Part shown: positions 14,929 to 22,449 of the stretch, one piece after another
Layout of the letters: the number at the start of each line of letters is the position of its first letter
Position numbering within the stretch: position 1 is the stretch's first letter
Virus record (IMG/VR): IMGVR_UViG_3300035180_001652
Span: 1 to 28,935 of that record
DNA from: a virus
Taxonomy: Duplodnaviria; Caudoviricetes
Length of the DNA: 28,935 nucleotides
Direction: 5' to 3' (one strand)
Position numbers and translations under genes: made by a program
The notes under the pieces: model-generated
The model's input: the letters and a program-made list of their open reading frames with translations, nothing else
Database searches by the model: none
What the model was told of the DNA's origin: nothing

Positions 14929-17546
14929 TTTGAATAGTTCCTTGCATATCCGCCTGCACAATTGAGCGGCACACCTTCCGCATAGCTCGGTGCCGCACGC
15001 ATCACGCACTTCGCAAACTCGAACGCCTCGTCCGCCTCGCCTTCCCGCGCCAAAAAGACAATCTCATCGTGCGTCATAGTGACCACGCGATACTTGCTCC
15101 TGATGGCAAGCATCTGGTCGGCCACAATGTCGCGGGCGATGGCCTGAACGATGTTCTCAACCAGCGCCGCGCCGTAGAGTCTGCGCTTGTTCGCCCCCAC
15201 ACCATACTCATACCCATCCGGCGTCAAGCGTAGGCTAGGATAGCGCAGCACACGGCCAGACGGCAAGCGAAGTGTCTCGAACTCGGTCATGATGAGACGC
15301 ATCCACTGGATGCGGTCGTCCTGCATCATCGCTCGCAGCATACCATCGGCACGCTTCCAAAGTCGCGTAATCGCGCCGTATGTGTTACGGTATGTAGCAA
15401 CATACTGCTGCGCGTCCTCAAGAGTTGTGTCGGGCTGCTTGGTGACGATCTGCGCGTGGAGCTTGGCATGGCCGACCCCATAGCCAAGCCCCAAGATACA
15501 ATTATGAACAATTATTGGCCCTTGATTCGTCATCACCATGAACCGGTTGTTCGGTCCGCAATTGAGCAAGTCGTAGACTGGCAAGTTCTCTTTCGAGGGC
15601 GAGGATTCTTTGTGATAAATCGTTCGCCTTTCTTCGGTTTGCAACGTTTTGCTTCCGAGTAACGAACCTGATATTCCCTGGCGCATAGGGGCCGTCAACG
15701 TCAATCCTGTCAAGCTCAAGCGTTGGATTGTCCCATCCAGGTACAGTCTGAACGTACCGGAGAAACGCTGCGCGATCCTCGCGCCATGCTGGATCAACGT
15801 AAATGCCCCTCCCACCATAACTGGGGAACGCTGCGCTCTTCGGATTGTGGCATCTACTAATGCACGACGACAATCTGCTAAGTAGCCGCGACCTATGCGC
15901 GTCGTCTGAAAGCGCGGCTTTATATTTCCACCATCGTTTCGCCCCCGCAGCGACTTTTGCGCACGCATTGCAGCGCGTTGAACGCCCTGCAAGAATGTTT
16001 TCACGGCTAACAATACCTTCCCACCCGCATGAGCACCGGCAAACAGGGTGCCACCCTGCCGCCCGCCCAGTGCGCGACCGATGCGGCTCAAACCGGAGCA
16101 CGGTAAGCTCGCCAAATCGAGCGCCGACCGGAAAAGGCCACGGTTTGACTGGACCTCTGACCACTCCCGCCATCCAAGTCCCGTCAGGATTTCGTGGTCC
16201 TCCGTCGCGGCGATCCCGAAACGCCGGAGCGTCGGTTTGTATCCCTGAAATTGCAGCCCACTGTGTTTTACCCATGATTCACCATCCCATACCAAGTCCA
16301 TAACCGAAACTTGAACTATAGGCTTCCACCCTTTGTCAGTCAAGACTTTAGTGTCGGCTGCCAAGCAGGTTTTCCCTACGAAGCGTTTGATCTCGTCAAT
16401 CTCTTCCCCCGGCCATATCCGCTCCGCGAACTTGACGTAAACGTCCTCACCTGCGGCAAACTGCGCCAGCAAGTCATCCTGGCCAGCCAGCCACGCGAGC
16501 ACGCGGGCCTCGATCTGGCTTGAGTCCACGACGACCAGCACATACCCGTCCGGGGCCGTCAAGCACTTGCGCAATGCCGAGCCTCGGTTCAGGTTCTGCA
16601 TGTTCAAGCCGTCCGCGCCCGACCAGCGGCCCGTGTGTGCGCCGTAATATTTGAGCGGCACTGGCATCGACCCGCGCCCGCTTACACCAAGAAACTTCGT
16701 CGTCCGCCGTAGCTCTGAGACGCTCTTAGCGGCCAGCCGGCCTTGGATGAGCACAGCCGCACGCGGATCGGCTTTGAGCGCCAGCATGTCGGGATCATCC
16801 TTGCGCAGCGTCTCGGGAACCTGAACCCCACGCGCCGCGAGCACTGCGGCAAACTGCGGGTTGCTCATCAGCACGTCGAGGCTCACCCCGGATGCTGCGA
16901 CAGCCGCGTCGCGCTGCGCCTCCAGCTCCGCCAGCCGCGCTTGAAGTAGCGCCGCGTCGATCGTCAACACTGGCTCAGTGAACATGCGCACTGTGCAGTC
17001 GATCAGCGCCAGCTCACGCTTGTAGCGAATTTCTGGCAGCTCCGACCGAAGGGCGGCATCGAGCGCGTGATGCAGCTTGCGCAGCAGCTCCACGTCCTGC
17101 CTGCAATACTCGGCCAACCGCGTCTCTAGCATGGGGTCGAGGTCGCGCACACCGAGGGTTTTTACCAGCGCGTCACCCTTCGCGCCCAAGCCATATCGCT
17201 CACTCAGCGCTGCCAGGGAATGCTTACCATGCACATCAGCTAGCCGCGCCATGCTCAGTGTGTCCACGATGCGCCGCGGCCTGACGTTGTAGTGCCAGGA
17301 CAGGATTGCCATATCGAACGCAGCATTGTGGGCGCACCAATATGCGTGTGAAAATCTCTCCGCGAGTTGGAGCAAGGCCGTAGACGCCGACGGGCCGGAC
17401 CGCCACCAGACAGAACCATCATCGATGCAATAGGCGAACCCATGCACCTTGAACCGCGCATCACGGATATATTCTTCCGTGGACATTTTCGACAAAGTGT
17501 AACTTTTGTCATAGTATGTTTCAAAGTCGATGTAGATTGTTGTCAA
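14925..17546 (-). CDS. polA: Family A DNA polymerase (3'-5' exo plus pol) containing one intein; 873-aa precursor, 584 aa after splicing
   Basis: DFETY and AHNAAFD (exo), HTGRWSG, motif A VDSSQIEARVLAWLA, motif B RFVGKT|CILGLGYG split by the intein, and motif C THDEIV. TTG start with GGAGAGAG RBS. Confidence 0.95.
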   Translation of the reverse strand: MTTIYIDFETYYDKSYTLSKMSTEEYIRDARFKVHGFAYCIDDGSVWWRSGPSASTALLQLAERFSHAYWCAHNAAFDMAILSWHYNVRPRRIVDTLSMARLADVHGKHSLAALSERYGLGAKGDALVKTLGVRDLDPMLETRLAEYCRQDVELLRKLHHALDAALRSELPEIRYKRELALIDCTVRMFTEPVLTIDAALLQARLAELEAQRDAAVAASGVSLDVLMSNPQFAAVLAARGVQVPETLRKDDPDMLALKADPRAAVLIQGRLAAKSVSELRRTTKFLGVSGRGSMPVPLKYYGAHTGRWSGADGLNMQNLNRGSALRKCLTAPDGYVLVVVDSSQIEARVLAWLAGQDDLLAQFAAGEDVYVKFAERIWPGEEIDEIKRFVGKTCLAADTKVLTDKGWKPIVQVSVMDLVWDGESWVKHSGLQFQGYKPTLRRFGIAATEDHEILTGLGWREWSEVQSNRGLFRSALDLASLPCSGLSRIGRALGGRQGGTLFAGAHAGGKVLLAVKTFLQGVQRAAMRAQKSLRGRNDGGNIKPRFQTTRIGRGYLADCRRALVDATIRRAQRSPVMVGGAFTLIQHGARIAQRFSGTFRLYLDGTIQRLSLTGLTLTAPMRQGISGSLLGSKTLQTEERRTIYHKESSPSKENLPVYDLLNCGPNNRFMVMTNQGPIIVHNCILGLGYGVGHAKLHAQIVTKQPDTTLEDAQQYVATYRNTYGAITRLWKRADGMLRAMMQDDRIQWMRLIMTEFETLRLPSGRVLRYPSLRLTPDGYEYGVGANKRRLYGAALVENIVQAIARDIVADQMLAIRSKYRVVTMTHDEIVFLAREGEADEAFEFAKCVMRAAPSYAEGVPLNCAGGYARNYSK
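15501..16367 (-). mobile_element. Intein (289 aa) inserted in polymerase motif B
   Basis: Starts CLAADTKVLTDKGWKPI (block A), has ATEDHEILT (block B TxxH) and VYDLLN (block F), and ends IIVHN followed by Cys+1 (block G). Removing it restores GKT-CILGLGYG. Confidence 0.95.
15502..16275 (-). CDS. HNH-like homing endonuclease encoded in an alternate frame inside the intein (start may be ATG 16173)
   Basis: GARFGELTVL, CRCSCG, STRCNAC, RCHNP....YGGRGI.V...W and LDRIDVDGPYAPGNIRFVT..QN..NRR. Offset from the polymerase start is 1271 nt, not a multiple of 3. Confidence 0.9.
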   Translation of the reverse strand: MGKTQWAAISGIQTDAPAFRDRRDGGPRNPDGTWMAGVVRGPVKPWPFPVGARFGELTVLRFEPHRSRTGRAAGWHPVCRCSCGWEGIVSRENILAGRSTRCNACAKVAAGAKRWWKYKAALSDDAHRSRLLSRLSSCISRCHNPKSAAFPSYGGRGIYVDPAWREDRAAFLRYVQTVPGWDNPTLELDRIDVDGPYAPGNIRFVTRKQNVANRRKANDLSQRILALERELASLRLAQLRTEQPVHGDDESRANNCS

Positions 17547-17608
17547 TTGGCTCTCTCCGTGCGTTTACTATGGCAGGGCACGCGCTGTATAAGAAACGTA
17601 GCGTTCAT
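17543..17608 (-). CDS. 21-aa bridging mini-ORF (MNATFLIQRVPCHSKRTERAN)
   Basis: ATGA overlap with the upstream gene stop and TTGA overlap with the polymerase start. Confidence 0.35.
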   Translation of the reverse strand: MNATFLIQRVPCHSKRTERAN

Positions 17609-17838
17609 TGTGCTTCCTCTGGAAATTTCGACAGCGCCGGTTGCGCCTCAGCCTTCGCGCTGTAGAACCCGCGCTCGTAACCTTCCCGGTATGCATCACG
17701 CAGCGCTATATGCACAAGGTTCGCAGGCCGAGGGGTTGGGAACCGTATCGTATAGGTTGACGCGCCGACCTCGTAAACGGCAATCCCGGCCTCATGCTTG
17801 GAGCCGCCGTCCCACTTGAATTTAACTGCGTCTTTCAT
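17605..17838 (-). CDS. Hypothetical protein (77 aa)
   Basis: GGAGG RBS four bases before ATG 17838. Confidence 0.7.
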   Translation of the reverse strand: MKDAVKFKWDGGSKHEAGIAVYEVGASTYTIRFPTPRPANLVHIALRDAYREGYERGFYSAKAEAQPALSKFPEEAQ

Positions 17839-17849
17839 GTTTCCTCCAT

Positions 17850-18062
17850 TTATGCCGCCCATCGATACAGCGCCACGCGCCGGGTTCCGAGCGGCTTGAT
17901 GACTTCAGCCACTTCGACCAGGCCAGCGCGGCGTAGGCGCAGCACGACGTTCGACACGCTGCGCACGGGTCGGCAAATTTCGGTTGCAATCTGCCGAATG
18001 CTGCGCGGCTCAGGCGCGTGCATCAGCAGATCGGCGACAAGGTAGACAGTTCGAGGGGTCAT
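17850..18062 (-). CDS. Winged helix-turn-helix DNA-binding protein
   Basis: SIRQIATEICRPVRSVSNVVLRLRRAGLVE pattern; ATGA overlap with the upstream gene. Confidence 0.75.
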   Translation of the reverse strand: MTPRTVYLVADLLMHAPEPRSIRQIATEICRPVRSVSNVVLRLRRAGLVEVAEVIKPLGTRRVALYRWAA

Positions 18063-19138
18063 CGCTCGATCCTCTTCGGACACCACGTCGCGGCCACGAT
18101 GTTAGCAAACCCTAGGTATTGCAGACACTTAAGCTCGTTACCATCGGCGCGAACCTTTGCGCGGAACGCATCCAGATCGCCCGAAAAGCACCCGGCCTCA
18201 ACCCAGGGGCCGCCCTCGACGTTGAACGCGTAGACCGTTCGATTGCCGCTGCCAGCGCCGGACAGGGCCAGCAGCGGATAGCCCGGTTTTGCGCGTTTCC
18301 CACCGAAGAAACACCCACTGCCGAAGGTGCAACGCCCGCCGAAGCGGCAAGCCTTGCCGAAGCTGCAAGACCCGCCGAAGCTGCAAGACCCGCCGAATCT
18401 GCACCCAAACCCGAAGCTGCAAGACTTGCCGAAGATGCAAGACTTGCCGAAACTGCAATACTCCTCAAAGGCGCAAGCCGTGTCGAAGCTGCACCACTCT
18501 CCGAAACTGCAAGACGCGCCGAAACTGCAAGACTCGCCAAAACTGCAACGCCCGCCGAAGCTGCAATAATCGCCGAAGCTGACCCCACTACCGAAGTGGC
18601 ACGCACCATCGAAGTTGCACCCACGGTCGAACTCGCATTCGCTGCCGAAGCTGCAACGCCTACCGAAATAGCACTCATCGCCGAAGCTGCAAGACTCGCC
18701 AAAACTGCAATCCTTGCCGAAACTGCATAAATAGCCGAAACCGCAAGACTTTCCGAAACTGCAAGACTCGCCAAAACTGCAAGACTCGCCAAAACTGCAC
18801 TCGTCTCTAAAACTGCAACGCTTACCGAAACTGCAAGACTCATCAAAGCTGCAAGACTCGCCGAAGACGCAATACTCGCCGAAACTGCAATACTCGCCGA
18901 AGATGCAAGAATTACCGAAACAGCAATACTCGCCGAAACTGCAACGCTTACCAAGGTTGCAACGATCACCGAAGTTGCATTGCTCGCCGAATTTGCAATC
19001 CTCGCCAAAAGTACAAGACGCGCCGAAACTGCAAGACGCGCCGAAACTTTGTACTTGCGAGTAGTCGCCAGTCGGGCACTGCCGAACTCCGTCCACCATC
19101 GGCAGGGCGTCAAACTCTGCTTGCGTAAAAACTCTCAT
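18059..19138 (-). CDS. Cys/Phe hexapeptide-repeat (beta-helix-like) protein with C-terminal GCF.G domain
   Basis: 41 consecutive xFGxxC units. C-terminal RTVYAF...VEAGCFSGDLDAF resembles the cap domain of phage repeat proteins. GAGGA RBS. Confidence 0.8.
   Translation of the reverse strand: MRVFTQAEFDALPMVDGVRQCPTGDYSQVQSFGASCSFGASCTFGEDCKFGEQCNFGDRCNLGKRCSFGEYCCFGNSCIFGEYCSFGEYCVFGESCSFDESCSFGKRCSFRDECSFGESCSFGESCSFGKSCGFGYLCSFGKDCSFGESCSFGDECYFGRRCSFGSECEFDRGCNFDGACHFGSGVSFGDYCSFGGRCSFGESCSFGASCSFGEWCSFDTACAFEEYCSFGKSCIFGKSCSFGFGCRFGGSCSFGGSCSFGKACRFGGRCTFGSGCFFGGKRAKPGYPLLALSGAGSGNRTVYAFNVEGGPWVEAGCFSGDLDAFRAKVRADGNELKCLQYLGFANIVAATWCPKRIER
18311..19048 (-). repeat. 18-bp coding tandem repeat, about 41 degenerate units
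   Basis: Plus-strand consensus CCGAA(A/G)CTGCAAGACTCG, with the period kept and no indels seen. Confidence 0.95.
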
Positions 19139-19148
19139 GGGTCGTTCC

Positions 19149-19361
19149 TCACGTAGTCAAGTCAAGAACAGCGAACAGCATCAAAACTGCCCACAGCGCC
19201 CACGCGATGCCGATGGCGATCTCGAATGCTGATAGCCGCTCGGGCCGGGGCAGGTCCGGGTACGGAGCCGGAGTCAAGTTGTCCAAGTCTGAGCACTTGC
19301 CGATGCCTGGGTACAGCCGCGCAGGGCAGCGGCGGCCTTGATGACAATCTCGATCACACAT
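19149..19361 (-). CDS. Small membrane-anchored protein with CxxxCxQGRxCP motif
   Basis: GGGGA RBS before ATG 19361; MCDRDCHQGRRCP; C-terminal hydrophobic helix. Confidence 0.7.
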   Translation of the reverse strand: MCDRDCHQGRRCPARLYPGIGKCSDLDNLTPAPYPDLPRPERLSAFEIAIGIAWALWAVLMLFAVLDLTT

Positions 19362-19527
19362 ATCTGTTTCCCCACTTAGGATCAGCGCCTTCGAGCAGCA
19401 GGCCGCCATTTTTGCGTGCGGTGAGCCATGCCCGCAGCCAGCGGCGGCGCATAGCCGGGTCAGTCCATAGCCGCCGCGCCATGCGCCGCAGTTCGAGCAG
19501 GGCATAAGGGGTTGAGCGTTGACGCAT
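19354..19527 (-). CDS. Hypothetical Arg/Trp-rich protein (57 aa), absent from the ORF track
   Basis: TAAGGT RBS. MRQRSTPYALLELRRMARRLWTDPAMRRRWLRAWLTARKNGGLLLEGADPKWGNRYV fills the gap between neighbours. Confidence 0.65.
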   Translation of the reverse strand: MRQRSTPYALLELRRMARRLWTDPAMRRRWLRAWLTARKNGGLLLEGADPKWGNRYV

Positions 19528-19536
19528 GGCGGCACC

Positions 19537-20088
19537 TTAGGGGCGGAACGGCATGATGACGCCGAGGAACGCATCGCGGGACAGATGCACCAGCGCACCG
19601 CGCTCGCCGTTATGGTCGAGCTTGATGCGCCCGGGATACTTAGCGCCGAACGCCTTGTTGACCTGGGCAAAGAGGGACAGCAGGTCAACGTCAAACTGCG
19701 CCGCTTCGCCGCTCGTTTCAGCCGGGATGACTTTTGTATAGTCGGGGTACTTGCCATCGAGCGGGGTAAAGCCGAAGTCCTGGCCAGCGCCGGGGTTGAT
19801 GATGCGGGCGGTATTCGCCTCGGGGTTAAAGGTCAAGTCGCCCCACTTCGCCGTTCCGCGCTTAGGCTTGAGTTGTTTCACCACGTCGGCTGGGATGATG
19901 ACGCTGAACGTATGCTCGTTCTCAACCGCTTCAGTATACATACCGAGCGCATGGCTGTTCGTGGCAACGTAGACTGTTTTGTCGCGCTGAAAGTCAACGT
20001 AGATGCCGTTCAGGTAAAAACGAACGTCATTTTTAGCAGCCAGGGGCAGCAAGACGCGGACAACTTCGAGGTTGATGGTGTTTTCCAT
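19537..20088 (-). CDS. Truncated DNA polymerase III beta-clamp (DnaN)-like protein
   Basis: DVRFYLNGI, VATNSHAL, DGKYPDYTKVIP and terminal VIMPFR match DnaN middle and C-terminal motifs. Only 183 aa. Confidence 0.85.
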   Translation of the reverse strand: MENTINLEVVRVLLPLAAKNDVRFYLNGIYVDFQRDKTVYVATNSHALGMYTEAVENEHTFSVIIPADVVKQLKPKRGTAKWGDLTFNPEANTARIINPGAGQDFGFTPLDGKYPDYTKVIPAETSGEAAQFDVDLLSLFAQVNKAFGAKYPGRIKLDHNGERGALVHLSRDAFLGVIMPFRP

Positions 20089-20103
20089 GATTTTCTCTCC
20101 TTG

Positions 20104-20544
20104 TTAAACAGTAGCGGGAAGCTTGTAATACGACATGCCGCGAAGCCGGGCGCAGTTGGCGCACCCTACGCAGTCAACGCATTTAGCGCAGTCTGCGCAC
20201 GCTACGCAGTCAGCGCAGTTAATGCAGCCGGCGCATCTCGCGCAGTTGGTGCATCTCGCGCAGCCGGTGCAGCCGGTGCAGCCGGTGCAGCTTGCGCAGT
20301 CGAGGCACTCGGTGCAGCCGGTGCAGCTTGCGCAGTCGAGGCAGGCAATGCACCCGGCGCAGTCGATACAGTCTGCGCATCCAATGCAGTCAACACAGCC
20401 GGCGCATCCAGCGCAGTCGATGCAGCCGATGCAGTCAACACAGCCGGCCTCATCGAGCGCCTTGCAGCGGGCTTCGGCGTCGGCCTGGCTCGCGTCGCTC
20501 CATGAGCGGTTGCCACGCGGGGACACACTAGATTCATAACGCAT
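20104..20544 (-). CDS. Cys-rich tripeptide-repeat protein (33 consecutive Cxx units)
   Basis: AAGGAGAGAG RBS; CVDCIGCIDCAGC... array at 20146-20442. Confidence 0.8.
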   Translation of the reverse strand: MRYESSVSPRGNRSWSDASQADAEARCKALDEAGCVDCIGCIDCAGCAGCVDCIGCADCIDCAGCIACLDCASCTGCTECLDCASCTGCTGCTGCARCTNCARCAGCINCADCVACADCAKCVDCVGCANCARLRGMSYYKLPATV

Positions 20545-20591
20545 GATGGCTCTCTCCTTGTTTGATGGTGCAGCGTGATGCTGCGGTGTGA

Positions 20592-20619
20592 ACTATAAAT
20601 GAAAATGTGCGGGATGCAA
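20592..20619 (-). promoter_or_regulatory. Sigma-70-like early promoter
   Basis: TTGCAT-16 nt-TATAGT with an upstream A-tract, followed by a GCAGC-ATCAC-GCTGC hairpin and RBS. Confidence 0.6.
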
Positions 20620-20639
20620 ATTGATTTTTTCTATCGGGT

Positions 20640-21431
20640 TTAGGCGGTCGATTTCCTGGCGCGGTAGGCGGCCTGGGCACGGCGCAGCGCGGCCTTGCCC
20701 TTGTCAGACTGAGCATACCGAGCGCGGGCGGCCTTGCCTTTGTCAGACTGGGCATAGCGGGCGCGGGCGGCCTTGCCTTTCTCGCTCTGCAAGTATTGCT
20801 TGCGCGCGGCCCGGCCTTTCTCGCTCTGTAGGTATTGCTTGCGAGCGGCCTTGCGCTGCGCTTGCCATGCGTGGATGGAGCCATCGAGCCGGCGCAGGTG
20901 CTTTTCCCAGTAATACTCGGAGCGGGCCTCGACCGGCGCGGTCGGGTCGGGCGCATGGTATAGCGGGCCAGGGGCGGACGGCATCGGCGGCGGGGCGATC
21001 GGGGCGAGCTTAGGAAGCGCCGGGGCGGAGGGGGATGGCGGCGGCGCGTTGCGCTTGAGCGCGTCGATGCGGCGCACTAGACGCATAGCAATGCTCGCAT
21101 CCTCGCGCATACGCAAGCGCATTGCGTCGGCTGCGGGTGAGCCTGCACACTTATACGCAAGGCTGCGAACAAGATCGACAGCATGACGGAGGCCAGCGCC
21201 GAGCGCCAGCGCAGTCGGGACGGACGCAACGGCGGGATGCAGGATGCAAGCGCGGTGTTCCGCGTCGGCGCGTGCGTAGAGCTTGAGCATTGCGCGATGC
21301 GCACGGCCAGCGGCCAGCACGTCGGGGCGGCGGTCTTTGCGCACGACAGATTTTGCTCGATCACGCGCATGACGCGCAGCATTGCGGCGGCGGGCGGCCT
21401 CGAGCATGGGGGAGAGTTTATCGGGTAGCAT
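20640..21431 (-). CDS. Hypothetical basic protein with Pro-rich linker and C-terminal 13-aa repeats; start uncertain
   Basis: AARKQYLQSEKG(R/K) x2 and AARARYAQSDKGK x2 (39-bp repeats). No clear RBS at 21431. Confidence 0.6.
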   Translation of the reverse strand: MLPDKLSPMLEAARRRNAARHARDRAKSVVRKDRRPDVLAAGRAHRAMLKLYARADAEHRACILHPAVASVPTALALGAGLRHAVDLVRSLAYKCAGSPAADAMRLRMREDASIAMRLVRRIDALKRNAPPPSPSAPALPKLAPIAPPPMPSAPGPLYHAPDPTAPVEARSEYYWEKHLRRLDGSIHAWQAQRKAARKQYLQSEKGRAARKQYLQSEKGKAARARYAQSDKGKAARARYAQSDKGKAALRRAQAAYRARKSTA

Positions 21432-21456
21432 GGCAAGGATGGAGGGTAGATTTTTA

Positions 21457-21804
21457 TAAGTAGTTGATTTTGCAGGGGAATTTAGGGTTTAGCGGGTAGA
21501 TCAGCGCCCGGGGATAGGGGCGTGGGGCTTTACATGCCACTACTATAACATGCAGTGCTATATATTAACAATGTAATGCTAGTTTTTGTTAGTTTTTATA
21601 GTGGCTAGATAAATAAAGGTCAAAAACACTATGCAAATCAAGTACTTGCGATAGGTGGGGGGCTTCAAGCCGGTGGGCGCGTTTCCCGGCCGCCCGCTGC
21701 GCCGATCCCGGGCGATATAGGTAGAATGTAAAGCGATCCGGCCCTATCCTTTTTCTGTGTCTAGCAGGATAACGGGCAAAAATGATAAGCAAGTCAAACA
21801 CTTA
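21457..21804. promoter_or_regulatory. IHF consensus sites in AT-rich non-coding region
   Basis: WATCAANNNNTTR matches at 21457-21469 (minus, AATCAACTACTTA) and 21636-21648 (plus, AATCAAGTACTTG), with a one-mismatch site at 21792-21804. Confidence 0.6.
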
Positions 21805-21907
21805 GCGGTTTCCGCACCAGAATGGTGCAGGATAGTAGATGCTGGCGCGCGCGCCGCTGCGCCGACTGCTCAAGGATTAAGCGGCCGATGTGAGTGCCCA
21901 CTAACTT

Positions 21908-22078
21908 TTATCCCCTAACCGCGAGCAGCACGCCCATGAACACCCCGAGCATGACGGCGCCGGGGATTTCCCGGCCCCGGCTGGTGCGCGGTTCGGGCCT
22001 GTAGATTTCCCTGTAGCGATCGAGCGCTTTCGCCCCACGCACCATCTCGATGTTTGCGGTGTATTCAGACTCTCTCAT
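21908..22078 (-). CDS. Small protein with C-terminal hydrophobic helix (56 aa)
   Basis: GAGGGG RBS before ATG 22078; ends GAVMLGVFMGVLLAVRG. Confidence 0.65.
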   Translation of the reverse strand: MRESEYTANIEMVRGAKALDRYREIYRPEPRTSRGREIPGAVMLGVFMGVLLAVRG

Positions 22079-22088
22079 GTTCAGCCCC

Positions 22089-22418
22089 TCAGAACTGCCG
22101 GAACAGGAACTTGTCGCCATCCGACCAAATGACGGTCGTGCGCTCGCTCAGGAACTTTTCGACCATCTCGCGCCGCGCTTCGTCGTCCTCACAGCCCGAT
22201 GCGTCTAGGCCATAGTCGCTGATGATCTCGTCTACGCTTGACTCTTGGAAGTCGCAGCAAAGCGCGATTACGTCAAGCTCGATTTGCTCGCCGGTTTCTT
22301 CCTCAAGCTGCTCAAGGTACTCGAAGAGCGCCCGCAGCGCCTCGTCGCTGAATTGATTCCCGCGCCCGGCGCGGCGGAAGGCGTCGATGAAATCGAAAAA
22401 GGTGACGCGTTGGAACAT
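22089..22418 (-). CDS. Acidic early protein (109 aa)
   Basis: AGGAGAGAGAGAG RBS before ATG 22418. 27 D/E versus 11 K/R counted by hand; contains ELDVIALCCDF. Confidence 0.8.
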   Translation of the reverse strand: MFQRVTFFDFIDAFRRAGRGNQFSDEALRALFEYLEQLEEETGEQIELDVIALCCDFQESSVDEIISDYGLDASGCEDDEARREMVEKFLSERTTVIWSDGDKFLFRQF

Positions 22419-22449
22419 GATGCTCTCTCTCTCTCCTGGGGCAGATTGA

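Noticed and set aside
15501-16367. Group I intron or frameshifted polymerase pseudogene
   Set aside because: The polymerase frame is fully open and the insert has protein-splicing motifs at both junctions.
18311-19048. CRISPR array or DGR variable region
   Set aside because: The units are contiguous, coding and 18 bp long with no spacers. No reverse transcriptase or template repeat was seen in the window.
18112-19113. Long alternative-frame and antisense ORFs over the hexapeptide gene
   Set aside because: They are by-products of a stop-free tandem repeat and lack RBS and domain motifs, unlike the HNH frame in the intein.
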